Source: Lytechinus pictus (lineage: Eukaryota). From it: DNA of 64,000 nt. How positions within the stretch are numbered: the stretch's first letter is position 1; each line of letters opens with the position of its first letter. The stretch spans positions 5,582,001-5,646,000 of the forward strand of contig NC_087246.1 in assembly GCF_037042905.1 (NCBI RefSeq), written 5' to 3'. Under the pieces are notes generated by a model that did not search any database, had not been told where the DNA came from, and worked only from the letters and a program-made list of their open reading frames with translations. The position numbers and the translations under genes were made by a program. Shown here piece after piece: positions 23,101 through 33,832 of the stretch.

Positions 23101-25904
23101 TATTCATATCATTCACTTCCATTTCATTTCGATTCGGAGATTGTGTCAATAATGAGCTAAACACGTTTACCTTCCTTGAAGTGATAACGTGTTACACTTT
23201 AAAAACGGGCGAAGCTCTTCTCTCTTGCAAATTTTGTGTAAAGTTTTAAACAATTTTTTAAAAACTATTGTTTACAAGTTCAAACAACTTTTTAGGGTTA
23301 TAGGCCTAAACAATATGCATACAAGATTTCAAACAGCAGTTATACAGTGTCGCGCAAAGTATTTAAAGGGGAAAGATTATAATAATCACTACTTTGGCAA
23401 TCAACCTTTCTCTCCATGCCCAAATGAAAATTCAAGTGATCTAAATGATGTTTCAAAAGCTACTCTTGAGTGTTTTCTCTTCTTTTCGTAATGTTCATCA
23501 TGTTCATACGTGTAGCTATATTAGGCCTATATGTTAAAAATAGTCTCAAACATTGCAATCGAATTGATATCAATTGCGTAATTATTTTCTTTTCGATTCT
23601 ACCTAAATTTGAAACTTCTAGAGTTCTGCTTATTTGATCTTATATGAAATATAAAATCGGGGTTGTATTGAATTACTTTATGATCTTTTAACATAATCGT
23701 TCGATAATGACTCTTCTTTTCCCTTTTTTCATCCTGATCAGAAATACGTACAAGACATTCTCAAAGACCATCCTTGGTTAGTTTACAATGTTCTATATCG
23801 CCGTCATGGCCATATCTATGTCAGTGGGGATGTCATCATGGTGAAAGAGGTCAGCAACACTATCGAGAGCATTATTTCTCAGTTTGGTCGTCTAGGGGCA
23901 GTAGAGGCAAGAGATTTTGTCCGGAAAATGAAGGTGATATTTATTTTAAAAGTAGTTTACTAACCAATTGATATAGGTAATACGAATTTGTAATGTATAA
24001 AATGAGATGGTTTATGTAGTTTAGTTTATTAAGAAGCAAACGCAACATCACATGGCATATAGTAATTTCATTACTTATATTTGACTCATGACTTAATTGA
24101 TTTAATATACCGAAACACTCGAAGATAACTTTCTCCAGAAATGTTTCTCATGTATTGCCGGTTAAAATTATTGATTAATACGATCACTTCCCTCTCATCA
24201 ACTACTAATTTTTGTTTTTTTTTTTAATTAAAAGAAAATAGAAATATTAACCGATCTCTTTCACCTCACTCCGTGGAAGTTTGTTCTTAAGCGGTATATA
24301 TTTCATTTATTTTCATACTCTTTATTTTTTTATAAAGGACGACGATCGTTATCACGAGGAAATGTACGGCCTAACTTTACATGTTGGTGAGGTCATGGAG
24401 AAAATACGTGTAAGTAAGAAAGGTACCCAGGTGATGGTGATGAAGAATGAAGGTCCCAAGCTTCAACCTATCATTGGTAGAAAGGGAGCAGCACTTGCAA
24501 AGGTTAGAAGATACAGATCTATTCATTTTTGCTTGGTCAATGTCAAAAGATTAGCGAATCATGCAGTCTTGTAGATCATATATAATTGTCTTTCGAATTA
24601 ATTTTGTTTTTAGAATTAGTTGAAAACCAGAACAAACTCCTATCTCATGGATTTCAAATAGGTATATGGGATTTCAAAGAGCTATATAGCCGGACAAATG
24701 TTTCCCCATTTGGTCGGAGGTTGTACACAGAACAGAGGGAATGGTTTTGTTAGAGAATATCCCCCCCCCCTCTCTCTCTCTCTTTCTCTCGCTTTGAACA
24801 AAAAACAATATTGTATCCCGACCGTTATACAAAAAAAAAATGCCAAAAATTAATTAGCATTTCCTAATTCTATCTTAAGAATGTATATTACATCTCTTTT
24901 CTCTGTACGGCTCTATCTCTCGTCCCACTCTTTCTTTCTATTTGAAATCATCGCACCAACTCTCGTCTCAAACTATTTCTGTTGTGTTTCTCTTTTATCT
25001 TCAAATCAGCAACAAGAGGCTCTTCGCCAAGGAATTCCAGGATCGCCCACCATGCCCCGACTGCGCAGGCGCGTGACAGCCACTATTCTTATGCGGTATA
25101 ATAGCTTGATGGGAAAGGACAAGAAGAAAACAGAAAATGAAAAACCAATGGCAGGAGTTAGACTACGAAAGTAAGAGACAGCAATATAGCCATGCACTGC
25201 AGAAACTCAGGTGTTGGTTTAACACAAGCCCGGAATCTATATATGTCCACACCAGAGAAGTATTGAAACAACACCAATTTGGAATCAAACCGATGCTGTA
25301 TTGATACTAATTGGTGTTGAATAAACACCTTTCTGGTACTAGACCAAAACGAAACTGGTGTTGTTTAACACTTCTCTGGTGTGGACATATATAGATTCCG
25401 GGCTGGTGTTAATTCAACACCGGAGTTTTTGCAATGTGGTTTTGAGAATCTTCTTGCGACCCCTCCCCACCAACCATCTTCCTCCCCCGACCCTATTATC
25501 GATCATCATGGAGGCGCGATAGCTCAGTCGGTAGAGCGGGGGTTTCGGATTCCGGTGACCCGGGTTCGATTCCCAATTGGTGCGCTAGTGCCCTTTGGTA
25601 AGGCATTTATCCTCATTACCAGGTCCCTCGGAGAGGACCTTAAGCCGTTGGTCCCCTGGTTGCTTGCTCACAGGCATTCGTGCTTTCTTAGCAGTCAGGT
25701 AGAAAACCTCGGTATAACATGAATATTACGATCTTTTACCCACCCTCGTCTTCTTCTAACAACCGCTCTTCCCGGATTCAATTTCTAAGACATTTCAAAC
25801 TTTCTCATTACAGACCCACAGATGACATCGCGGCCCGAAGGAGACGCTATGAGGACGGTCGACGTTACAGTACTGGCAGTTCAAACCGTGTTGTAAAAGC
25901 TTGA
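4351..25904 (+). CDS. NOS: Divergent nitric oxide synthase-like protein (oxygenase + FMN + FAD/NADPH domains), 24 coding exons, about 1390 aa
   Basis: Exons 4351-4830, 6845-6984, 7478-7640, 7961-8052, 8765-8909, 9385-9524, 10538-10712, 11419-11520, 13379-13573, 14161-14246, 15042-15288, 16239-16300, 16600-16710, 17409-17583, 18306-18544, 19287-19480, 20088-20257, 21516-21726, 22188-22275, 22687-23035, 23742-23933, 24338-24502, 25010-25170, 25814-25904. All phases are compatible, total 4173 nt, no internal stop, in-frame TGA at 4342 before the ATG. NOS motifs seen: [99 protein letters not shown]. The last three exons are less certain. Confidence 0.93.
5039..5480. repeat. (GAT)n/(GGT)n trinucleotide microsatellite in NOS intron 1
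   Basis: Long imperfect GAT/GAC run followed by a GGT run. Confidence 0.95.
6845..6984 (+). CDS. NOS: NOS-like exon 2
   Basis: ETTNLSR...[19 protein letters not shown] boundaries. Confidence 0.9.
7478..7640 (+). CDS. NOS: NOS-like exon 3 (heme-ligand region)
   Basis: [10 protein letters not shown]...[26 protein letters not shown]; 163 nt; GC donor. Confidence 0.92.
7961..8052 (+). CDS. NOS: NOS-like exon 4
   Basis: [30 protein letters not shown]; 92 nt. Confidence 0.92.
8765..8909 (+). CDS. NOS: NOS-like exon 5
   Basis: [48 protein letters not shown]. Confidence 0.93.
9385..9524 (+). CDS. NOS: NOS-like exon 6
   Basis: [46 protein letters not shown]. Confidence 0.93.
10538..10712 (+). CDS. 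NOS: NOS-like exon 7 (substrate pocket region)
   Basis: [58 protein letters not shown]. Confidence 0.93.
10790..10936. mobile_element. Small MITE, related to 11577-11756
   Basis: CAGGGGCCTCGGAAC...TTCCGCAGCCCCT termini; shared core TTTTTACGTTTTTGTACATGG. Confidence 0.65.
11419..11520 (+). CDS. NOS: NOS-like exon 8
   Basis: [34 protein letters not shown]. Confidence 0.93.
11577..11756. mobile_element. Small MITE
   Basis: TIR CAAGGGCCGCGGAA/TTCCGCGGCCCCTG flanked by TGTCA direct repeats. Confidence 0.7.
12595..12996. repeat. 201-bp tandem duplication
   Basis: 12595-12795 and 12796-12996 are nearly identical (one mismatch seen). Confidence 0.9.
13379..13573 (+). CDS. NOS: NOS-like exon 9 (pterin site region)
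   Basis: [10 protein letters not shown]...[37 protein letters not shown]. Confidence 0.93.
13812..14041. mobile_element. Penelope-like inverted-repeat insertion with hammerhead-like cores
   Basis: About 95-bp arms forming a palindrome at 13812-14009; CTGAAGA-stem-GAAA on both strands; flanked by 11-bp direct repeat TATCTTAAAAC (13801-13811, 14042-14052). Confidence 0.7.
14161..14246 (+). CDS. NOS: NOS-like exon 10 (linker)
   Basis: [31 protein letters not shown] acceptor, GTGAGT donor. Confidence 0.88.
15042..15288 (+). CDS. NOS: NOS-like exon 11 (CaM region and flavodoxin start)
   Basis: [34 protein letters not shown]...[16 protein letters not shown]. Confidence 0.93.
16239..16300 (+). 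CDS. NOS: NOS-like exon 12
   Basis: [26 protein letters not shown] donor. Confidence 0.85.
16600..16710 (+). CDS. NOS: NOS-like exon 13 (autoinhibitory-insert position)
   Basis: [36 protein letters not shown]; phase 2-2. Confidence 0.82.
17409..17583 (+). CDS. NOS: NOS-like exon 14
   Basis: [22 protein letters not shown]...[20 protein letters not shown]. Confidence 0.93.
18306..18544 (+). CDS. NOS: NOS-like exon 15
   Basis: AACEKFHIG...[25 protein letters not shown]. Confidence 0.9.
18659..18794. mobile_element. CACT-ended MITE
   Basis: CACTCTAAAAAATGAAGTG / CACTTCATTTTTAGACTG, TA flanks. Confidence 0.6.
19287..19480 (+). CDS. NOS: NOS-like exon 16
   Basis: [30 protein letters not shown]...RETQL. 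Confidence 0.92.
20088..20257 (+). CDS. NOS: NOS-like exon 17
   Basis: [32 protein letters not shown]...LGILGM. Confidence 0.92.
21516..21726 (+). CDS. NOS: NOS-like exon 18 (FAD motif)
   Basis: [15 protein letters not shown]...[15 protein letters not shown]...VAVVSYHPN. Confidence 0.94.
22188..22275 (+). CDS. NOS: NOS-like exon 19
   Basis: [28 protein letters not shown]. Confidence 0.92.
22687..23035 (+). CDS. NOS: NOS-like exon 20 (NADPH binding)
   Basis: TPYFHLP...[16 protein letters not shown]...YGSR...[10 protein letters not shown]. Confidence 0.93.
23742..23933 (+). CDS. NOS: NOS-like exon 21
   Basis: KYVQDILKD...[11 protein letters not shown]...FVRKMK. Confidence 0.93.
24338..24502 (+). 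CDS. NOS: NOS-like exon 22
   Basis: [25 protein letters not shown]...ALAK. 3' boundary uncertain: an alternative in-frame GTAAGT donor follows 24409. Confidence 0.75.
25010..25170 (+). CDS. NOS: NOS-like exon 23 (C-terminal extension)
   Basis: Pyrimidine tract + [26 protein letters not shown]...GVRLR; GTAAGA donor; GC-richer than flanks. Confidence 0.65.
25195..25436. mobile_element. CACTG-ended MITE (CACTA/EnSpm-like)
   Basis: About 90-bp TIRs (CCCGGAATCTATATATGTCCACACCAGAGAAGT inverted); 2-bp TG flanks. Confidence 0.8.
25510..25720 (+). mobile_element. tRNA-derived SINE
   Basis: A box TAGCTCAGTCGG, B box GGTTCGATTCCC, then CCCTTTGGTAAGGCATTTATCC body; no tRNA acceptor-stem closure. Confidence 0.8.
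25814..25904 (+). CDS. NOS: NOS-like exon 24 (terminal)
   Basis: TACAG acceptor, phase-2 compatible; [29 protein letters not shown]. Confidence 0.62.
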
Positions 25905-25949
25905 ATTCCTTGAAATACTATTAGTATACATCTTACTTTACAAAATGAA

Positions 25950-25955
25950 AATAAA
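25950..25955 (+). terminator. Candidate polyadenylation signal of the NOS-like gene
   Basis: AATAAA about 45 nt after the stop, followed by GT/T-rich sequence. Confidence 0.4.
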
Positions 25956-26433
25956 CATTGTTGTTTGATCCATCAATTGTTTTAAGTGGTATAGGTAAAT
26001 ATTTCCCGTGCTCACAGAATTAGATTAGTTGAGGAATAGTCCATGGGTGTTAAAAGTAGGTCAAACTTCATCAAGTAGCCTTCTCCTCGAGGAAATCTCA
26101 CGGAGACGTCTCCGCAGTCGAGGATGTACTTATTCTATGCGACATCTCTTTATAAACTGATGAAGACGTCTCTGCAACTAGCCAAATCTGGAGTCGTCTA
26201 ACTAGCTAGTCGCGATCTAGTTGCACGTCCAGAGACCCTTAACCTTCAGTTGATTCATATGTATATTCTCTGTAAATAGTATGTTCACCAATGGAAATTA
26301 TCTGATCACTATAAGTAAATGTATATGCTCGATAATGAAATGACTTACAATTCCACATTGGTTTGTTTTAAGTTGATGTAAGAATTAAATTTTGTAAAGG
26401 GATTTGATGAAGAAATGTTAGTGATGACGATTA

Positions 26434-26672
26434 CACTGTAAAAACTGTGGTGTTAAAACTGACACCAGTGGGTGTTAATAGAGGACCACACCCTCTGGTG
26501 TTAAAAGTACACACTAGAGATTGAATATAACACCAAAGAGTGTACATGTAACAACCAAAGATGTTGCAATAACACCTATAGGTGCTAAACTAACACTGTC
26601 AATTTAACACCGGTGTGATATCACTGGTGTGGTCCTCTATGTACACCGGTTAACACCGCAGTTTTTGCTGTG
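26434..26672. mobile_element. CACTG/CACAG-ended MITE, TA TSD
   Basis: TIR CACTGTAAAAACTGTGGTGTTAA; inverted sister copy at 39255-39493. Confidence 0.85.
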
Positions 26673-29184
26673 TACGATTATGATAGAATATTTTTTTTAG
26701 ATAAAGAATCGTCCGGAAGAAGAAAATAACAAGTCTTTATTTTGATGACGTTATAGTCAATTTTAAACCAATATAATCGTTTATACAGGTTGACTTCGAA
26801 TATTTCTACATAATTCAAATGCGATTGTGAAGCATTTACAAGCTGTGCTAATATCAAAATTAACATTTGATTTATTTGTATCAACTTTGTGAAGACAGTC
26901 AGTCTGCAAGCCCCTATGTTAATGAGCAAATGAGCAAGATTTATCCAAGTCCTCTCGTGGCTGAATTCATGTCCCTGCAAATCTCGTGAATTGTGAGACT
27001 TTCTTTCTCAAAGAATTGAACCATTTTTTCCTTGAGTAAAATTGATTATTTTTGTACCATGGGAAAGTTTAAACGTTACTCTTTTATAATGATTGTTTCT
27101 TTTGAATAAAATATCATGATAAATAAGTGAGTTTCAGGCCTGAAAAGATGCCTCAAACAGAGTTTTATTCCTCTGTTTTCTCTTGCAAATTGTTCAAAAT
27201 TTTGTGTTTTAGGCACAATCATTATTAATTTATATCATCAGAAAGCTCAAACTCTACTTTCATACAATGTCACTCTTGATATGTGACACCTTTTAGATGG
27301 GTCAGCAGCCAGCTTTTTCCACCAAAATGCAAGACGAGATTTCTGAAATTGCTGAGTAGCATAAAATCCAGAGTTCTGATTGGTTGAACAGTGTTTTCAA
27401 AACAACAGGCGCGGGCAATTTGAAGAGATTACCACATGGTGAGTGTGACCTTGCAGAGGCCCAGTGTGGGAACATTGGAATTTGCTTGGGTTTGTGGTCT
27501 CTATGACCAATCAGAGTGCAGTATTCTTGTTTGAAAACTGCTAAATGTACTTGGCCTATGAAAAGCTGGCTGACCCATCTAAGATACATCTTCTTATAAA
27601 ACCTATATATTAAAGCTCAGATCTTCAGCTTTATCATAAACCAAAAATTATTTGGGCCCAACCAGAAATCAATTGTAAAAACAACAACTTTTGTTTCATG
27701 AAAATAATTATTTTGTTTCATGTTTTAGATCAAAAGTTTCACCTATATTACAAAATACTTTCAAAAATCAAGACACATGACCTGAAAGAATTATTTTTCT
27801 TCCTTATAAAGATACCAAAAACATGAAATTTTGTCAATATTTAGAGCAGCAATGACCGAATAAAAAGATATGTTTTCGTCCACACCAAGCTCATTAACAA
27901 TGTAAAAACCCTCTAGTCATGAATATCACTTGGATAAAAGAAGCTACTTTTTGAGGGCTTGACGACTGACTGAAGATCACAGATCTTAACTGAAACGGTA
28001 ATGATCAGACGTTGATAGGCTGCTGATTAATGCGGCCAGTTTCATTCGCTATCAATTATAGCATAGTTGCCATGTATATATCATGGATAAAAGAACAAGG
28101 ATGATCTCACCACTTATTGAGAATCCATTTTATTTATTTGTTCTTACTTTTGTTGGTATTTTACTTTCATCGTGATTCGAAGTTTGCCTTTGGGGCACTA
28201 ACCGAGCAATCATACCTTTTTGCTGGATAAGCTTATATCCAGGGAACTGACCAAGGCCTCTCTTCTCCGAAAATTGATTAATTATAAAGCCTTACTCCAG
28301 AGTGATGTTTCACTGATTTGATTCTTAAATTTACCCTTTTCAGATCGGAATATCAATTTCATAAGCATTATACAATTAAACAAGCAACACGATGAATTGT
28401 CACAGAATGAATTAACCAAGTTATAGTATTTTCAAGTCTGTTATTTTTGTTACAAGATAAATATTCTTATTGCTGATGATTTTTTAGCTCATCATTGACT
28501 GTTGGTCATTGTACCAGTGAACCCCAACTTATTGTCCTTTAAAAGTCATTAATCATGATAATGTTTGTAACCTTAATGGAAATATAATTGTGTTATCTTG
28601 CTATAAGTTATGTTTGGTTTTTATTTATTCACAGTGAAATACATTAACCTGTCAAGTTGACGGCTGAATTCTGTAATTCCCATTGGCTTTGTACATGGAT
28701 CATCCGGTTCCAGCATGGACCTAGTAGGTCCATGGATCCAGTAGGCAATGGGTTAAAAGTGGTAGTATCCATCGAGATAGATGGCGCCATATAAATGCCA
28801 ATTATTATTATCATTATTATATTCCATCGTCTTCTCACTCATGATGTATTCATGAAGATATAGATACATTTTCTCATGGATAACTTTCATAAATTGTGTT
28901 TGTCTTTCTTTTGTTGGGTTGTTGAATGGTGTTATTTATTTTGAATAAAAGGTCTTAGAAACTTCTGTCGCATGCCTGTTCTAATGTTATATTTCTATAT
29001 TGTTGTATTTTTCTGAAACATGTGAAGGCAAAGACTTCTTACGTTCTCAAAGAAAATGAAAACAACCTACTATAGATGAAAATACACCAATTGTTGTTTG
29101 TGTGTGTGGGGCGGGGGTATTTGCGGGTGATTGTGGGGGTGGATGTGCATGTGTGTGATTTATGCGTCGTAATTCAATACTTAA

Positions 29185-29600
29185 AGGGATGTTCCGGGCT
29201 GGAGATATTTATATCTCAATAAATATAATAAATTTCACATAGCAAAATGCTAAAAATTTCATCAAAATCGGATAACAAATAACGAAGTTATTGAATTTCA
29301 AAGATTTGCATTATTCCGGTGTAACAGTTCGAGGCATGTCTTCATGAATATTCATTAGGTGGGCTGATGATGTCATAGCCCCACTTGTTCTTTTGGGTTT
29401 TTTATTATGTGAAATTAGGTTTATTCAAAATTTTCCTACCAAGAACTAAAACAATTGGATTGACAACTGATTAAGTGCATTAGTAATATTTCTTGCTGCA
29501 ACTTGTTTCATAATAATGGAGACACATCATTTAATTATTTATGAACAAAATTAAATAATTATGATTTCATGTAATAACATAATAAAAAGGAAAGTGGGGT
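29185..29600 (+). mobile_element. Truncated Kolobok-like non-autonomous element
   Basis: TTAA|AGGG start; AAAATTTCATCAAAATCGGAT and CTGATGATGTCA motifs shared with 37863-38468. Confidence 0.55.
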
Positions 29601-30286
29601 ATTACTTATTAGCCAAGAAAAGTATCATCTTCAGATACGCAAGATAAAATTTATCACGAGATAAAATTTCAAATTTTATCTCGGAGATAAAATGTCATTT
29701 TAGAATACCAATTTCATTTTAGGAGATGAAATAAAATATTTTAAAGATAAAATGACCTCAGAATACCACCCCAGGTCAGGTCAATCTTGGCGTTCATATG
29801 CCATAATAATCAATATAATGATTGTGAACATTAACGGAAAGACAGGACATAACACACTCATAGGTCCGACATACTCTCTTACGATAAAAAGTATATACAC
29901 ACTACCAACCACCATGTACCTCAATTCCCAATTAAATCTGATTTTTTGTCATTATCATCAAAATGGCATCAAGCAAAATACCACATATAATTATGACAGC
30001 CTCATTCGATACGCTTTCACTTTATAAACTATTCTTAGTCGCAATATTGACGAGCTTTTGAACAGGTGGTCACACATGTACATACTTAAAACCCATTAAA
30101 AATACACAATAAGTGAAAAGAAGATCTCCATAAGTCAGGCTGATGCATTGATGTGTTTTAATGTTTGAACATGATTCTTGCAAGCTAGTATTATAACCTA
30201 AACTCTATGAAAAACGTTCTGCTAAATACATGTATATAGTTTATATAATAACAGTTACCATGGTTACATTTAATGCAAGACATGTG

Positions 30287-30518
30287 CACCGTTAAAAATT
30301 ATTTAAACAACGCTGTTTACTATATGAATCAAACAGTAGTTATTTAACCGGTTTAAACAAGTATTTAAAATCTTAAACAACCATGCTTAAATTATTGATA
30401 ATTAAACATTTCAATTTAAACTTTGTTGTTCAGGATTTTGAACACTTGTTTAATTTTTTAACCAACTACTGTGCGATTCACATAGTAAACAGCGTTGTTT
30501 AAATTATTTTTAACAGTG
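30287..30518. mobile_element. CAC-ended MITE
   Basis: About 55-bp TIR CACCGTTAAAAATTATTTAAACAACGCTGTTTACTAT. Confidence 0.8.
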
Positions 30519-32499
30519 CAGTAAGTCATGTGTATTTTTGACTTATGCTTACTGTAACACTTTCTCTAAGATAACAAATTGTTTCATGATAAATCAAACA
30601 CAGTTCATGTTCTTAAGAAACAGACGAAAAACAAAAAAGTAAAGGCGAATTTAAAAAAATACACATTCGTTTTCATAGGTGACCGTCCACTGGAGTTCGG
30701 ACACTCAAGGAAGGGTTTTGGAAGCAATTATGTTAGGGACGCACCATTAGATACCGGGGGGGGGGGCTGGAAGTTTGGGTTGATGCAAAAAAAAAAACTT
30801 TTCCTTACTCCATTGAGACAAGTTTTTTTTTTTTTTTCACCTTTCAGATGATTTGTCTGTGGACCAAGTTCTTTTTTTTACTCTGATGGTGAGTCAAGTT
30901 TTGTTTTTTGCTAATATAGCAAGTCAAGTTTTTTTCTATAATCTTCCAGCCCCCCCCCCCCCCCCTTGGATATCAAATGGTACGTCCCTTGTTTGGCGCC
31001 CTGTCCGGACCCGCTGCGGAAATACTTATACTTCATGTTCATAGGCACATACAGGTAAATCATATAGAGGAAAGTACATATCACTGCCATACGCAGCATG
31101 GGGGCATTTTTTCCTTTAAATTTTCACAAAATTTTCCAAAAGTGTGCACTAAAGCTTTCAATTTTTTACTTTTGAAAATACAAGCGTCTCTGTGACCTGC
31201 ACGGTCGCTTCGCTCCTTTTTTTTTTAGTTTCTTCAAAAAAATTTACGCGTCTTTCCCCCTAGGAAAAAGAAGTCCGCGTAAAGCCTTGCTCGCCATGAG
31301 TCGAGACCAAAATTTGATACAGATATTTTTTTTCGCATTCCCGAACACCAGGATTCAGAAACGACATATACAGTGTACTGACTAATTCAAGAGTGGCATA
31401 TTATTTTCGCAATCACTACGGTGAGATGCTTTCTACAACGCACTAATTCCTTTGAAAATGCAAGTAAAACCACGATGAACAGCCTAAAAGTTTTCTCGTC
31501 GAAAGTTGGTGGACCGGGACAGCAGATCGTCCGAAGATTGCAATTATGTAGTTGTCCACGGTCCAGGAGGGCACTGCTGTGTTGATTCACTGATTTTCGA
31601 CAAAGGCTATCATCGAAGGCTTTTGACAAAAGATTCTTTGCATTATTGAAGCGTCTGCGCAGTGATTGCGAAATTTCTCTAATGTCAATGAAAGGGATGA
31701 GGATTACAAATTTGCATTCCTAGCCTTGTCGTTACGTTTTCCAGGCCCTAGTGGACAGTTTAAAGCAGTTAAAAAAATATTAAGGGGCCGTGGAACCAGG
31801 TGGCTTGGGGGCTTCAGCCCCCTACGCACATACATGCACAATCTTGCACATATTTTTCAATAACCATGCACACAGATGTTTAAAAATATATATATATTTT
31901 AAGTAGGGGAAGTATACAATTTTTTTCGAATCTTTCGGGGGCAATTTTACTAGCTAGCTTTTGTTACATAAATGTGTGATATGATATTGTTAGCTTGCCT
32001 TCCGAAACCTTGTAATAGGGGATCAAAACCTAACCCATTTCCATCCTGAAAAGAGATATCTGACTAAGAACCTGGAACAAGCATGATGGTTGACATTCTA
32101 AGTGGTGGTGGCCTGGGGTGGTGGCGGTGGTGTTGAATTTTACGACACAATAATCGAAAAGGTGTCATTTGCCTTCAAAATATTCATATTGAAAATTGAG
32201 CATGAGAAACTTTATAGAGGGATGATTCCCTAAAAAAAAAAAAAAGTTAAAATTTATCCACGGCCCTGCCTTTGCGTGCAGTTGTACATTAAAGTTGGAT
32301 GAAATCCAATTGATTTATTTGGGTAAGATGTGTATTTTAATGTAAATCTTTTCCGATTGAAAAAGAACGAAAGAGCAAAATCCCCATATGGAACAACGTT
32401 GAACAGATGAATAAAAAATACACATTGGGATAATCAATAAGTCCCAAAGAAAAGACAAGTAAATATGTAAGCAACTAAAATATTGAAGAATAATCCAAA

Positions 32500-32960
32500 G
32501 CGCGAAATGCATTTTATAGTAATTCGAAAGATTATTTCTTGATGACTTCGGATCGCAGTATTCTTCATGATATCAGATCGCATCCAAGAAAATCCGATTG
32601 ACATTGGTCTGAAATCTTCAAGCAACTGAAATATCGAAGATCGCATCCAAGAAAATCCGATTGACATTGGTCTAAAATCTTCAAGCAACTGAAATATCGA
32701 AGAATAATCCACAAAGCGAAATGCATTTTATAGTGATTCGAAAGATTATTTCTCAATGATGGATCAGATCGCACCCAAGAAAGTCCGATCGAAATGAAAA
32801 TGATGAAGAAGAAAAAAATAGCATACGTAAACCATGAATCCCAAAGCAAAGATAAGAAAATTGATAAGAAACTGAAATAAGGATAATCCGCAAAGCAATG
32901 TGCATTTAATAGTCATGCAAAATATTTTTCAATGACAGACCACTCCCAAGATCGAAGGTC
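32500..32960. repeat. Degenerate tandem repeat with a ~62-bp duplicated unit
   Basis: AGATCGCATCCAAGAAAATCCGATTGACATTGGTCT repeated, plus longer diverged copies. Confidence 0.7.
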
Positions 32961-33665
32961 CGATCGAAATTGATCCAAAGTGTTCTCGCTCTTTTTGGAA
33001 ATTAACTTAAGCAATAAAGTTGGAATAGAGTTTTAATAAGTAGATTCGATTAAATTTAACATGTCGTTATTGCATACAAAATTGAACCAAAGCGCCCGAG
33101 ATGTAAAGTCTGAAAGCAAATCACATTGAACAAAGGGACTCAAAATTACCGGTAATAGAACTTTGTGTTCTGCGATATAAATCAAGGATGAATATGAGCA
33201 CATGTGTTTACCAATATTTATGTTTTTAATGATCTCTTCAGATGCAAACATAGAAAAGGTATTTGTTTTAGTTTTAGGGGCGAATATGACGATAAATCAA
33301 ATTGGATGTAAGCTCTCAGTTTTGATAAAGAATTTTCAGAATATTGTTTGGTGACTACGATTTTAACGAACTTATCTGTATTGAGTAAACTTGAATTGTA
33401 CAGTAACTTTGCGGTGTCTCTACCAGTACTCTGTTGATACTTAAGCATGGAACCCCGGAACACCTAGAACTATTTTTTTTAAAATCACGTACCTATATCG
33501 AACTGCACTATTATCTTTACATTTAATTCTAGATCACATGTATCCTTGTTTCATCTTAGGTTGGCTTTTTCTTGGAGGGAATTGTTAAAGATATTTGATG
33601 GGTTAGAAGCTAATATTTTTCATTTCCTTTTCCAAAAACTTAAATTTTCCTTCATGACATCCAGA

Positions 33666-33832
33666 TCACTCATCATCCACATCGGTGTCCTTCACAAGGT
33701 GGTATTCATGTTGGAGCATACGTCGCTTTGGCATCATATAGAGCACTACAGCTACCATGGCAACAATCAAGCACGTGATACAGGCAAATACACCAATCAA
33801 AACTCCCGATTCCGCACTGACGACCGAATCAT
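33666..33832 (-). CDS. Transmembrane and cytoplasmic tail exon
   Basis: [25 protein letters not shown] then [21 protein letters not shown]. Confidence 0.85.

Noticed and set aside
25510..25585. Possible tRNA gene
   Set aside because: A and B boxes are present, but there is no closed cloverleaf and it continues into a SINE body.
4351..25904. NOS-like gene as a classical disabled pseudogene
   Set aside because: No stops or frameshifts over 24 exons, splice sites are intact, and changes concentrate at functional residues.
31380..31760. GC-richer intergenic segment with a short inverted repeat (TTTCGCAATCACT/AGTGATTGCGAAA)
   Set aside because: No convincing ORF, splice pattern or TSD; cannot be assigned from sequence alone.
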